Assembly (NCBI GenBank): GCA_030141605.1
Contig: JAQGDQ010000524.1
Span: 62,001-126,000 of the forward strand
Origin: Tubiluchus corallicola
Lineage: Eukaryota > Animalia > Priapulida
DNA length: 64,000 nucleotides
Reading direction: 5' to 3'
Each line of letters opens with the position of its first letter. The stretch's first letter is position 1. Shown here one piece after another: positions 36,389 through 50,357 of the stretch. Both the position numbers and the translations under genes were made by a program. The notes under the pieces were generated by a model. It did no database searches. It saw nothing but the letters and a program-made list of their open reading frames with translations, and had not been told where the DNA came from.

Positions 36389-37140
36389 ACCAAATTAAAT
36401 TGAGAATTAAATTAAGGAATTTAAATTAATTAATTTAGGAATTAAATGATAAACTGATCAATGACCTATTTATAGACACTTTTTTCAATTACAAATTCCT
36501 CCAAGCAACACGAAGGGCAGGTAACATCTCTTGCAAGTGAAACTGCAAATACTAGGCGAAAGACAAAAGCCACATGACTGATTTGCAAATGGAAAGACAT
36601 GTCTGATGATTTTCAACTTATAATGGGTGAGCTACCAATTAACGTAGATGCAATTTTGTCATGGAAAATTGCACAGCTAAGCAGTCTGCTGGATAAAAGA
36701 ATTTATAAGAAACTATTCTGCATGTAGGGTGAATAGAGGTAGCCAAACATGCACTTCAAGAAGACTGCAAAAAGTTCAAATTATTCCACATTGTCAGTAA
36801 GATCAGTGTGTTTTTAGTGAGCCAGTGATGCACACTGGGATGGTGATACACTAGTGGTGTACCAGGTGGTGTAAATATTTTAAATTTCTTTTTCTTTTTC
36901 TTCTTCAATTACATATGCCTTTCAAACAGGTAAGCATAATGTTGAGAAAATAACCTTGTATGGAAAGTTCTTTGGGATATACATTAAAATTTCCAGAGGA
37001 TGAACAGAACGACAAACAAAAAAATGCAAAAAAGAATGACTATACTAAATAACCAATCAACTGTTAACCAATCAGCTGTTAAAAAAACTTACACATTAAA
37101 AAAACTAAATGAGCAACAAAAATGTTTTTCTAAATTTTAC

Positions 37141-37247
37141 CTCCCACACAAAAAGAGGATTCATGCTACTGACTGGTTCATGTCTTATTTGTCCCTTGTA
37201 TGGCCCAAAAGTTTCACCCTCAGAGATTCGTCTCTTCGTCCAGATTC
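37141..37247 (-). CDS. PRDM2: PRDM2-like gene, exon 2
   Basis: GATTACAG|(G)IWTKRRISEGETFGPYKGQIRHEPVSSMNPLFVWE|GTAAAA; FGPY and WE motifs of the PR domain. Confidence 0.9.
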
Positions 37248-37270
37248 CTGTAATCACGTTAAACCATTAG

Positions 37271-37789
37271 ATTATGATGTCTTCGACATTCTTTCCGAGG
37301 TCTTAAATTAGTAAACTAACTCATTATGATGTCTTCGACATTCTTTCTGAGGTCTTAAATTAGAAAACTAACTCATTATGATGTCTTTGACATTCTTTCT
37401 GAGGTCTTAAATTAGTAAACTAACTCATTATGATGTCTTGAACATTCTTTCTGAGGTCTTAAATTAGTAAACTAACTCATTATGTCTTGAACATTCTTTC
37501 TGAGGTCTTAAATTAGTAAACTAACTCATTATGATGTCTTGAACATTCTTTCTGAGGTCTTAAATTAGTAAACTAACTCATTATGATGTCTTGAACATTC
37601 TTTCTGAGGTCTTAAATTAGTAAACTAACTCATTATGATGTCTTGAACATTCTTTCTGAGGTCTTAAATTAGTAAACTAACTCATTATGATGTCTTGAAC
37701 ATTCTTTCTGAGGTCTTAAATTAGTAAACTAACTCATTATGACGTCTTGAACATTCTTTCTGAGGTCTTAAATTAGTAAACTAACTCAC
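37271..37789. repeat. Minisatellite, ~52 bp unit x ~10
   Basis: ATTATGATGTCTTGAACATTCTTTCTGAGGTCTTAAATTAGTAAACTAACTC repeated. Confidence 0.95.
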
Positions 37790-38401
37790 TGCTACACTGC
37801 ATCATTTATCTTAGAATTATTTGCAAAATTGTTGACAAACTTTAAGTGAAATTCAAGTGACATTCTCTTGACCTTTATTTACAACAGTACAGTACGTGTA
37901 TCTTACATCTTTTGCACAATGACCTTTCAGTGACCTTCAAATGTGCCATGACTAGAGAAGTCGTGATCCTAATTTGGTCAAACTCTAATACGTCTTACAG
38001 GAGTCAACTTATTAATTTAGAAAGTGGCAAACCCTTGATCTATTTGGTGACCTTTAACCTTTTGCAAATTCAGGAATACCTTGACCTGCCTGCCTAAGGT
38101 CATCAAATGATTACCAAAACAGGTGCGGCAAGATCACATTTTACTCACAACTAAATTACCTGCACAAGAACAAATCACAAAGCTCTAAATTAGCAAAAAA
38201 GTGACAAAAAAATCACAACGAAAAAAGAATAAACTTAAGCGAATACAGAGTTTCAACACAGCCTGGAGAAACTTTGAAATTTATGAAAATCATAATCTGA
38301 GTAGTATGACTCTTTCATTTGTGTCTGTCACACATTAGCAGAAGGTGATGTAGAGACGTTACTAGAAAGAACCATACTACTCAGGCGCAACAAAAACTCA
38401 C

Positions 38402-38495
38402 CAAGATGCTGTGACGCTGCCGACTGTTTGAGTTCGAATCCATCCGGAATCTGGACGACCTGGACGGCATCCTTCTCTGCTTCCGCTGAAGCCAT
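38402..38495 (-). CDS. PRDM2: PRDM2-like gene, first coding exon
   Basis: AAAATGG start context; MASAEAEKDAVQVVQIPDGFELKQSAASQHL-G|GTGAGT; upstream acceptor TTGTATTCAG at 38549. Confidence 0.8.
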
Positions 38496-38644
38496 TTTAT
38501 AAGCAGAACTCAGCAGTGTAGACGACGCATGGAGTAACTGAGCAACGCCTGAATACAAGCAACAATTTCCAATACAGAAGACACTTAACCTCGCTTGAAT
38601 TATTTTATCAATAATCGTAACAAAATCGTCTCTAAAGCAAGCTG

Positions 38645-39443
38645 GTATGCAGCATACAATTGTAGGGTCTTCTTGTAATGTAGTACGCAGCATACAATTG
38701 TAGGGTCTTCTTGTAATGTAGTACGCAGCATACAATTGTAGGGTATTCTTGTAATGTAGTACGCAGCATACAATTGTAGGGTATTCTTGTAATGTAGTAT
38801 GCAGCATACAATTGTAGGGTATTCTTGTAATGTAGTATGCAGCATACAATTGTAGGGTCTTCTTGTAATGTAGTACGCAGCATACAATTGTAGGGTATTC
38901 TTGTAATGTAGTATGCAGCATACAATTGTAGGGTATTCTTGTAATGTAGTATGCAGCATACAATTGTGGGGTCTTCTTGTAATGTAGTACGCAGCATACA
39001 ATTGTAGGGTATTCTTGTAATGTAGTACGCAGCATACAATTGTAGGGTATTCTTGTAATGTAGTAGGCAGCATACAATTGTGGGGTCTTCTTGTAATGTA
39101 GTACGCAGCATACAATTGTAGGGTATTCTTGTAATGTAGTACGCAGCATACAATTGTAGGGTATTCTTGTAATGTAGTAGGCAGCATACAATTGTGGGGT
39201 CTTCTTGTAATGTAGTACGCAGCATACAATTGTAGGGTATTCTTGTAATGTAGTACGCAGCATACAATTGTAGGGTATTCTTGTAATGTAGTAGGCAGCA
39301 TACAATTGTGGGGTCTTCTTGTAATGTAGTACGCAGCATACAATTGTAGGGTATTCTTGTAATGTAGTACGCAGCGTACAATTGTAGGATCTGCTTGTAA
39401 TGTAGTATGCAGCATACAATTGTGGGGTCTTCTTGTAATGTAG
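38645..39443. repeat. Minisatellite, 38 bp unit x ~21
   Basis: GTA(C/T/G)GCAGCATACAATTGT(A/G)GGGT(A/C)TTCTTGTAATGTA repeated with patterned variants. Confidence 0.95.
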
Positions 39444-40090
39444 GTGGGGTTGTGGGGGTGGGGGTGGGTGTGTGTGTGTGCATGTGTGTGTGTGCGTGTG
39501 CGTGCGCATGTGCGTGTGTGTGTGCGTCCTTTATCATTCTTAGATCTATATAACTAATATGACGTATGAAAGACAATGAATAATAATACTTTTTGAAACT
39601 TTTTTCTACTTTTTTGCCTCGTAAGTTTCCATATGAGTTGTATATTTTTATGGTACAGACACAATTAGTGCCTTAATAGTCTAAAGTATTATGCATTTTT
39701 TGATATTCAGGGGAATACAATGGGGAAAATTTTCAGTATGATATCCACACAAAAAATCCTTACTAACAATATTTCCAGGAATTTTCCCATCCAGCAATCA
39801 ATTGCTCAAACACTAAGCTATCGACAAATACAATCCACAACCCGACAACTTACAAGCCAGTTATATCTACAGCCCAAGAATTGGCATTCGTATCTGATCA
39901 ATTATTATTACAGCCGCGTATCGTGTACATTTTACGTATTCATGTATGTAGCAAATCAGAGGCTGACTCTACAAGGTTAGAATACATAGAGCTGCAGTGC
40001 AATAATTACTGTGTCAGTGAACTTCGACAGAACGAGTCTGCGTGCATTGCAGCAACTACGCATGTACTTTGCACCATGTTTTAGCTGTAC

Positions 40091-40225
<135 letters not shown>

Positions 40226-40314
40226 GCAGTAATTGTCTTTATAACCTAAAGATGACTGCTAGTGTGCAGTTGAAACACTGATTTTTGTTAACGAAAATCT
40301 TACAAAATTCGTCG

Positions 40315-40349
<35 letters not shown>

Positions 40350-40930
40350 GAATGTAACTAATATTAAAACTCAATCACTACTGTTATTACGACAATGTAT
40401 ACAGTCTCCAGTGACTAGTTAATTATAATTCGTATTTCGATATTACTGTATAATGAGTGGAACACAATCAAAATTGTTGACTATCATTATAACAATATAG
40501 GCTACATTATAACAGTATAGAAAAGGCTCTGTTAATATTAATTGTAATTCCAATTTCGATAATTTCTAAAATGTTCACTCATGTTGTAATAGCAAATTTT
40601 AACTGATGTCACTTTTCGCATCGAATACGCATGCGCCACAATAACAGACTTCCATAACTACAATCCGTAAAACAAGGAGGTCGCCAAAGCGAACAAGAAG
40701 GGCTACCACGAAGCTTCAAGGATGACCACAGGTAAAAGGTAAGTCTATGCTGATTCCATTCAAAGCTGGCAGAGCTGGAATAGAATTTCTTTGGTTTCGT
40801 TGTGTCTTATCGGCCACTTTTCTCCGGTTGTTTGTTTAAATAAAGCAGTTTGTTCGTTTTCCTAACACTTTTGTAAAGCAGCAATTACTTTTGTGAAACT
40901 AATAGGAAAAGGTTATTCAGGGAAAAAACG

Positions 40931-41490
40931 ATGACGATGACGATGACAATGAAGGCGACGACGACAACAATGATGATGATGACCATGATGATGATGATGA
41001 CGACCAGGATGATAATGACGGCGATGACGACAAATGGCAGATCCATAGTACACAGATCTACGATGATGATGACGATGATGATAACGACGACTACAATGAT
41101 GATGATGACCATGATGATGATGATGCCTATGATGATGACGAAGATGACCATGACGATGATGACGATGATGATAATGACCACATGATGACAAATGGCAGAC
41201 CCATAGTATACAGATCTACGATGATGATGATGATGATGATGATGACGACGACGACGATGCTGACCTTGATGATAATGATGAGGATGATAATGACCATGAC
41301 GATTATGACAATGATGATGATGATGACCGCGATGATGATGATGATGATGATAACCATGATAATAATGATGATGATGATGATGCCTATGATGATGACAAAT
41401 GGCAGACCCATAATACACTGGTCTACGATGATGATGACGTTGACGAAGACAATAACAATGATAATGATGATAACAATAATAATAATTACA
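40931..41490. repeat. (ATG)n-based compound repeat with a ~35 bp unique spacer in three copies
   Basis: ACAAATGGCAGA(T/C)CCATA(G/A)TA..CAGATCTACG at ~41029, ~41188 and ~41395 within ATG runs. Confidence 0.85.
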
Positions 41491-41929
41491 CTAATGATAG
41501 TAATAGTAATTTCGTTCAGGACAAAGTCAAGGGGTAACACGTTAATCAACTCAATAATTATTTCCAAAGTGATCCGGATATTTATTGCCAGCATGTTACT
41601 CTGATAACCCGAATGCTTGATCAAAGAAACAGCAATACTATAAACTGTGGTATGGGAATTGAACCTGCGACCTCCAGGATAGGAAATGAACATTCTACAA
41701 CGTACACACGTAGTTGTGTAATCGCCCCAATTATGTAATTTGTAAATGAATTTATCAAAGTTCAAGCGCCACATTTCTATCATCAAAGCATTATAATAGG
41801 TGTAGTTACGACTATGTGAAATTGGCTTCAAATTAATGTTATTAGCAAATTATACGTGTACACTGACCCACTTAAAAGTTTATTATGTACTTTTAAATTT
41901 AGGTCAAAAAGAAAATGAGAGTAAGGACC

Positions 41930-42325
41930 TCAGAAAGAGGAAGGAGGAGAGAGAGGGAAAGAGGCAGAGAGGGAGAGAGAGGGAGGGGGAGAGAAGAAGA
42001 AAGAAGAGAGGGAGAGAGGGAGGGGAGAGGAGGAAGAGAGAGGGGGAGAGAGGAAGAGGGAGAGGGAGAGAGAGAGGGGGGAGGGAGGGGGAGAGAAAGA
42101 GAAAGAGGGGGAAAGAGAGAGGGGGAGGGAGGGAGACAGGGAGAGGGAGAAAGAGGAACAGAGAGAAAGAGAGATGGAGGGATGGTGGTAGACAAAGAGA
42201 GAGAGAGAGAAAGGTGAAGAAAGAAAGAGGGAGGAAGAAAGAGAGAAAGAAAGAGAAGAGAGAGAGAGAGAGAGATACCACAGGGGGAAAGGGAGGGAGA
42301 AAGGGGGAGATAGAAATGGAAGAAA
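41930..42325. repeat. GA-rich polypurine tract
   Basis: Directly visible. Confidence 0.95.
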
Positions 42326-43864
42326 AAATCACCCAATCAAAAGCACTGAATCAAACATACATTGATTTCGAAGGTCACAGTGAATTGCATTCTACACGAA
42401 AATTTGGCTCTGGCTTCATCAAACAAATATGGAACTTAATAAAGGGCTCAACAAAGAGTATGAACAGTGGTAAGAAGTCGTTTGCTTAAGATTAAGTAAT
42501 AATCTAATAAATAAACGGTATCTGCGATTAGGTAATACTAATAGACAGAAATGACTTTTTTCGATTTGTTAGAAGATCAAATTAAACAGTTTGGAATCAT
42601 AAAACATTAATTAATTACAAACTACTCGAAATACAAGCTAGCTAACATCATTTCTGTAAAAGTTACACCCTTTTTCAAAATTTTAAGCCTCGTACAAACT
42701 TCCGTAATTGGCTTTGTGTCAACTAATTAGTCTACCTGCCTCGCATAAGTTTACCTGTTAGTTCACTGAAAAACTCGGGCCACTTTATTCTGCCTTACGT
42801 GCACAAAAAAAACTAATTTATTGCCTAGATTCCACTAAACGTACTTGCTGACGCAAAGCTATTTTTAACCCAAGTTACGCTCATAACCTACTTACATATT
42901 ATAATGAGTTGGCGTTGTTGTGTAACGCGTTGTCAAAGTCCCTACCTGTGAATCGTAACAAAAACACAACAACCGATTTCCAAACGTTCACTGCACGCTA
43001 CGAACTATACATACCTATCAACAATTAGCAACGTTAATTAAGAAAAGTTAACCCCTGTCTGATAACTCAAAACGAATAATTACGACTTGAACACGTATCG
43101 TAAATGCAGTTAGTCCGTCTACGCGATTCACAAGCCGAAGCAAATGGCGGCTCAGTGTGTACTAGTGAATGTGGGTCACGTGCACGAACAACTCACACCG
43201 CGACTGAGCCAGATGATCGTACAGTGGAGAAAGCAGCGCTGTTACTGTGTTGCACTCGGCTATGTTGAAATAGAACGTGTAATAAACTCGCACAGAGATT
43301 CAGACACACTGGATTTACTATTCGTGTGTATGTAGAGTGTAGACGGTGCTGAGAATTCAAAGTCTAAGACACAGGCTGTTTGTTTACACACGCAGAATCA
43401 GAAAAATTCACTGTAGACCTAGACAAATACGGCAGACATGAGTTTGCAATAATTTGCTCAATTTTTACCTTGAATTCTTTAGTATTAATTCTTTCTTGGG
43501 GGTAATTCTTTTTTTGGTCTTACCGAAGTATCAAATAATGACTGGTTGACGTGTCACGATGACGTACGAAGATGACTAAACTTTACACAATGTTGTGCTT
43601 GGTGATGCATTAGCAAGTAACAAAAAAGAAAGCACAAACTATGAAGATTTTAGTCGACTGTTAAACGTCATCATAACGTGTCACTTTTTTGTAAAAAATC
43701 CAGAAGTTGAGAACGAAGGTTTGAGTAGCAAATGTTTGCGACGAAATTGGCCTTCGCAAAACAAACAAAACACGAAATAAAAAACATGACAAAGACAAAT
43801 ATGTTTTAAAAACATGTTCTGTAAATTTTAATGCTAATTATGAAGTTACGTGCCTTAATTTTAA

Positions 43865-44429
43865 AGCATAACTGGACCCATAGTCAAACTGTAGGTCAAA
43901 AAAATCTGCTCTTTAAAATACTGAAAGCAAATATAGTATTTTTTCAAAAATGACTTACGTCAAAGAATTATTACCACACAAACACAATTTCACGTTTGTG
44001 CCATTAGTTCTTCGCTGTTACACAAAAAAACACACTGCACAAAAACATGTGCTGTACCTCTCAATTAAGATGTGTTAATTTGTGACGAACTGCATACGTG
44101 AGCACAGTGGCAAATTTGAATTTTGAATATTTATTTTATTTATCCTAAAACTTGCCTATTTTAGTACAACATACTGGAAATCTTATTTTCTGCTTCAATT
44201 TTCGTTTTCGCAAACACGTACAACACGCTCGTAGAATTTTTTCCGTTGAAAATTATGTTAGTTTGTGATGTCATCAATTGTTCGACTCGCCCGTCGTTAA
44301 TTAAGCTTTTAATCTATTATTTTATTATCAGAGATGCTTTTGCAGTATTATTGGTGTTAAAATGTATACTTTTTACCATACTTGATAGTGGGATAGTGAG
44401 GTAGTATATGAAAAATCATCCTGTATTCT
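43865..44429 (+). mobile_element. Family A (Kolobok-like) element copy
   Basis: TTAA|AGCATAACTGGACCC...AAATCATCCTGTATTCTT|TTAA. Confidence 0.7.
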
Positions 44430-45392
44430 TTTAATATCCTACAGCAAATAGATAAAACCATAAAATTTATCAAAAACGAAATAGAAATTAAATAACATGC
44501 AAGCTGATATATAATGACTCTCAACAAAGGTGCAAATGGGAAAAATTTAAACACCCAGGAGAAATACAGAACTTCCGTGCGTTTTAAATTTTCTAAAAGC
44601 AAATTTTAATCAATTGCACAATCACGAAACCTTTAGTTAGCCCTAGCGGTTAAAATTCGTCTTAATTCCATTAACTTTTGATTTTAAAGTCTTCTTAAAA
44701 TACTCATTTTGTAATGGAAATAATTGCAAAAAATGAAAGGGCTAAAAAACTTATAAACTTTGTCACCAATTAGCCACACTTTTAAACGCGGGCTACAATT
44801 TAATAAGGGGTTGTAAATAGTTTGAAGCAATTCTACTTTTCCAAGTAACGCGGCCATTTTGGTACTCGTTACAGTAGCATCGGTGATGTGAACGATTTTG
44901 CAAGGTCATTACAGAAAATGAGGAGGGCAGCTCGTAGGTGAACCAGCTGCTGAGAGGGAATGATTTCAGAACGCGAATCAAGGTAAATTCTAGCAGGTAT
45001 CTAGTACCGCTGTGTTTATAGGAATACCGAGTTTCTTTTATTTCATTTTACTTCATTGCTGTTTTATTTAGGCAAATATCATTATTACATGCTAATTGTA
45101 TATTTCATCACTGCACACAATGAAAATACTGTGAACAGTAATAGTTACTGTGATATATAAATAAATAAATATATAAATATATATATATATCATTAATTGA
45201 TAGATTGCAATTTTATTTCATAAGAAATAGTCATTATAAAATGCAATACACGAAACCTGTCTACACAAACAATACATACGTATTACATAATACACATGCA
45301 CACATCTTAACTAAAATTTAATGACTAAAATAAAGATTTAACTAACTGCACACACGCACGCACACATACATGCACACACACGCGTGCGCGCG

Positions 45393-45425
<33 letters not shown>

Positions 45426-45989
45426 TCACACATACACACATAGAAGCACACGATTATCTTACATTAGTATAATTACATTCACACAATAAATATAAATTAG
45501 TCAATACTTAGATTGAGATACAATCAATAAAAATATTAATTTAAAACATTAGTTGTCAAGTAATAAAATCCTTAAGGCTACAAAGGAGAATCGACCTCCA
45601 TTTCGAAGTATAATACAATGAACATATATCACAATCTACAATCAATCAATTTGATGTACACATTTTAACTATTTTAACAAGATATTATAAGTCGATTTCT
45701 AAAAGAAACTGCGTATATGCTTACGCATAATTCCTGCGCAAAATGCGAAATTCCTCGGTAATATTCATATAATGTTTATTTCTGTTCATTTGTCTGTATA
45801 ATGCGTAACTACCACGACCGGAAATGCTTTTACGGATATTAAATTTTCAAGCACATGTGCTGACTTTTCCATTATGAGTCATCATGACGCACTCCTGACA
45901 GGAAGCAAAAGCTAAGCAGTATCATTGACTTTTTATAATTCAAAAAATAAGTGCTTTCCATAGGATGAGTCCATAAAATTCATTTAGTT

Positions 45990-46440
45990 AAAGGAAGACT
46001 GGATGATTTTTCATACACCACCCCATTTTCAAGTTCGATAAAAAGTATACATTTTGACACCATTAATACTGCAAAAGCGTTTCTAATAATTAAATAATAG
46101 ATTTAAAACTTAATTAATAGTTTATTAATTAATTAATTATTAATTAAAACTTAATAGCCGTGCAAGCCCAACTATTTATGACATCACAAACTAACATAAT
46201 TTTCAACTGCTAACATGTTCCACGAGCGTGTTGCACGTGTTTACTAAAGTGAAAATGGAAGTTCAGTGCTACTATAAGACATTCATTGTGTTGTACTAAA
46301 GCCAGGCAAGTTTTAAGATGAAAATAAAAATTTCAAATTTACCGCTATGCTCACGCATAAGTTGTCAAACGTATGTAGTTCATCACAAACTAACACATCT
46401 GAACTGAGATCTACAACACCTGTTTTTTGTGCAATGCATT
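45990..46440 (-). mobile_element. Family A element, partial reverse copy
   Basis: TTAA|AGGAAGACTGGATGATTTTTCATAC is the reverse complement of the family A right end. Confidence 0.7.
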
Positions 46441-46794
46441 TCAATTTTAAGTGTTAACTAATGAATTTATTTGTATTTTTGAACTAACTATCTATGTTAT
46501 ATCACAAGTATATATTATAATAATACTTTTGTATAATTAATAGAATGAGGTACATTGATAATTATTTCAGTTATGGCTTCTGTACTTTGTGAGCTATGTA
46601 TATTTCAATTGTAAGTGTTAACTAATGAATTACTTGTGTTTTTGGAACTAAATATCTATCTAACTATATTCTTGATAACCAGTTGTATCTATCTGTTCTC
46701 AACTAAATCGTATTTGTTACACAGTGGAAAAACTTCGATCAGTAATATTACTGCATGTTAATCCACTTAAAAAAATAAACTTCATATATCTTAC

Positions 46795-47038
46795 AGTAAT
46801 ACTGCACTTCAATTTTCTCTTTCACTAACACGTGCAACACGCTCGTGGAATTTTTACTGTTGAGAATTATGTTAGTTTGTGACGTCGTAAATAGCTGTGC
46901 TCGCCCGCCGTGAATTAAGCTTTTAATTAATATTTAATTATCAGAAACGCTTTTGCAATATTAATCGTGTTAAAATGTATACTTTTTATCGTTCTTGGAA
47001 AGGGGTAGTGTATGAAAAATCATTCTGTCTTCTTTTAA
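46795..47038 (+). mobile_element. Family A element, 3' fragment
   Basis: Matches the last ~240 bp of 10331-10951. Confidence 0.65.
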
Positions 47039-47925
47039 TTTTATTACGATGAATGGTGGATTTTTATTCTTCGAAATTTTTTTATCTGAATTTAATGATT
47101 TACTTCAATGTTTTTAGCTTCTTAACTTTATTTAAAAAGTTTGAATTTTCTTTAAAAATAGGCGGGAGAGCAAAACTTGGGTGACTGAATGCCCTGAATT
47201 CAATTAATTTCGAATTTCTGACGCAAACGAATACTCAATTGAGTTTAGTAGCAATTTTCTAAATGTATGTAATTTTACTTTAATATCGAAAACAAGAACA
47301 AGTAATTAAAATATGCGCATAATTATTGATGAATATTTTTTACAATGATGGTACTTACAATGACGATGTAACAGGAATAATTAGTAATAAATTTAATTAG
47401 TTTAATTAGTAACAAGATTATGTTTAGTAATAAAGATTTACTGGTCTATTATGAGAGACCTACTTGTTAGTTCAACCTTTTAGTAAAGAGAAAATTACAA
47501 TAAGATTAAATTACAACTTGATTACATTAAATGTATACGTCAAGTCTAATACAGAAATACTTTAGATGTTCCTATTATACTGTTTCCATGGTCATCCTTG
47601 ATAATGCACAAAGGAAGAGCATAGTGATTTTCAAGGCTATGTGACTCCTGGCTAGCTAGGCCTTTGCACAGAAAAATCACTATATGGATCTATGAAAGAA
47701 GCCTAATTCAGCTAATTACATGGTCATTTTGGCACGATGCCAGCTATACTATAGAGTTGAATGATTATGACATTGGTAATTGATTACGATGCAAATTTAA
47801 CACTACGTTTACATTCAAGAACAGAGGGCAGATCCATGCAAACCGGGTGAAAAACACCTTAAGTCGACATATGCCTTACTGGCGTAGTTATCGACACCCG
47901 CATACCATTTTTATGTCTTTGTATG

Positions 47926-47990
47926 ACTCGGAGATGAACCTGCAACCTCCCGTGTAGGAAGCGAGCACGCTACCACTGAGCTACACTTCC
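47926..47990 (-). mobile_element. tRNA-derived SINE head (or tRNA pseudogene)
   Basis: Minus strand TGTAGCTCAGTGGTAGCG (A box) ... GCAGGTTCATCTCCGAG (B-box-like), with no clean acceptor stem; a more decayed relative lies at ~41653-41720. Confidence 0.55.
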
Positions 47991-48057
47991 CGTTATCATA
48001 TATTATTTTGGCTTGTATAGTAATATTTATAATAATGTAATAATAATAACATTTCTC

Positions 48058-48365
48058 AAGATTTAGTCTTTGTATAGAAATTGTCCCCACGGTACTGGAT
48101 CAGCCATGCTTTGAATATAGACGATCTAGTCTTTGTATACATATTGACCCCACGGTACTGGATCTGCCCGCTTTCAATATGGACGATCTAGTCCTTCTAT
48201 AGGTACTCAAACCATGATGCTGGATCAGCCACGCCTTGAATATGGACGCTTTAGTCTTTGCATAGGTATTGACCACACAGTACTGGATCAGCCACAGTTC
48301 GAATATTGACGATTTAGTCCTCGTATAAGTTTTAACACCACGACTTTGGATCCGCCGAGCTTTGA
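48058..48365. repeat. Diverged minisatellite, ~62 bp unit x5
   Basis: GACGAT(C/T)TAGTC(T/C)TT..ATA...CCCACGGTACTGGATC.GCC..GCTTTGAATAT repeated. Confidence 0.8.
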
Positions 48366-48555
48366 ACTTGACGGTGTTTGTTGACTGTAGGCACCGGTAA
48401 GAAGCTTGGCTTCTTATTGCCGTTAACAAAACTAAGGTCTGGCTTCACAACTGTATAATAATCACATCTTCATTGAGGAGATGTAACAAAACAGAGGCGC
48501 CGCTAAAACGTAAAATTTTTACTCTTCAGCTGCTAATTCTGCAAGAGCGCTTTAA

Positions 48556-48679
<124 letters not shown>

Positions 48680-49675
48680 GGAGACCGTGGAGACAGATTG
48701 AATTGTATAAGTTATTCCGGAATTGATTGACCTCTGACCCCTGGGTCACGGGTTTAAATGCTACAAGTTACCACTTTATTATAAAGTGCAATTCCTATGC
48801 GTCCAAACAAACCCCTCACTTAACCCCTAATCATGACTGTACAACAGTAAATGAAAGGTCCCAATGAGACAAGTTATTCCGGGATTGGTTGACCTCTGAC
48901 CCCTGGGTCACGGGTTTAAATATTACAAGTTTCCGTTTTATGCAAAACAAAGTAAAAACAAAAATAGTGAAGCTGAGTTCTATGGGCAAAACTAACTACC
49001 CTGGTAATTAAAAGCAAAATAGTTAACAAATTAATAATTAGTTGCTAATAGTTAACAAATTAATTTAACTGCGCAATAATGACATAAAAGAAGCAATGTT
49101 GCATGTACCTTTAAGACCATAGAAAAGGCTGGCGAATTTTCAATGTCAAATTATGTAACTACGGACTGCATTGTTTGCAAAACCTTCTGTTTCTCACCGC
49201 GTCAGAAACATTTTCAACTACAGAGAACTTGCGCATCAAACCACAATAGATTTTCAACGTTTTTATTATTATGAGAACGTTGTGAGCCAACTTCTTCACG
49301 ATCAAATGAAGCAACCGACTTTGAATGACGAATTTTTGTAATTTTGGCAAATAAACAGACTTGTGTGATTTAGAAAAGTATACTTTTTAATTTATCGCTA
49401 ATTCACTTATATAAATTAATGTTTTGAAATATTTTTTCTAATTTTTAACTGAACAAAAGAATTAATTCGTCTCTAAAATTCATTAAAAACCTTTGCAATA
49501 GTAAGCTAATCACTCATACCTCTATACCTGTAATACTACACCCATCGGTTAATAGGTTTAGTCGGTTAATTGGGTCAAAACACGTCCGTCCCAAAGTGAG
49601 TGTATTAAGCGGCGCCTACCGTAGTATTCAATTACTAGTAAATGCAAGTAAATGCCCGTGACTTATTATTTCATA

Positions 49676-50290
49676 CCGTGAAACGGGGTGAGTTCGCCAC
49701 CCGAGGGTGAGTTCGCCACCCCTTACGTAATGCCCTTTGTAGGTTTGCTGTAACTATTGTTCAGTGTTTAATGAACAGATATCATGATCACCGTCATTAT
49801 AAACAGTTTGCGACAGTTATCTTCTTTCAATTCGCACTAGAAGTATTCCATTCTGCGCTACATATTGTTTGTCTACTATTTCTTGCTACTTAACATGCCA
49901 CGCACCTGCACCACCCCTGTACCGGGTCATAGATACCAAAATTATACCCCAGAAGCTCTGGAAGCTGCCCTACATGCCGTTCAAGACGTTCAAGCCTTCC
50001 TTGCCAACGTAGGAGTTTCTATTTGAAAACTAAAACTAGACATTTTTCATAATTTTTTCATATGGTGGCGAACTCACCCCCAACCAGCCAATCACAATCA
50101 CTTAACTTCAGCTGCCTAGAATGGCATTAAACAGTGTTAAATTGTTAGTGGCGAATTCACACCACGATAGTGTTTCATTAGAAAGGCAATATAAAGCTTG
50201 AACTAAGAAAATCGGTTGGGTAATTCTCTTGTTATGGCAGGAAACGTAAAAAATACCCCTAAAAAGTGGCGAACTGACCCCGTTTTACGG
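49676..50290 (+). mobile_element. pogo-type non-autonomous DNA transposon with a transposase N-terminal stub
   Basis: TA|CCGTGAAACGGGGTGAGTTCGCCAC ... GTGGCGAACTGACCCCGTTTTACGG|TA; ATG 49895 reads MPRT..YQNYTPEALEAALHAVQ (start of a Psq-type HTH). Confidence 0.8.
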
Positions 50291-50357
50291 TATTGTTCAC
50301 TTAGTGTAAGGAAATAGAATGTTTAAATTTTATGGCTAATAACATGTACGTTGGTCT

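Noticed and set aside
37271-39443. CRISPR-like arrays and the 393/271/314-aa repeat ORFs
   Set aside because: Head-to-tail minisatellites without unique spacers in a eukaryotic intron; only 38495-38402 is coding
41836-42489. 217-aa Arg/Glu/Gly-rich ORF
   Set aside because: Translation of a GA-rich low-complexity tract
47926-47990. Functional tRNA gene
   Set aside because: Altered T-loop and no acceptor stem; better explained as a SINE head
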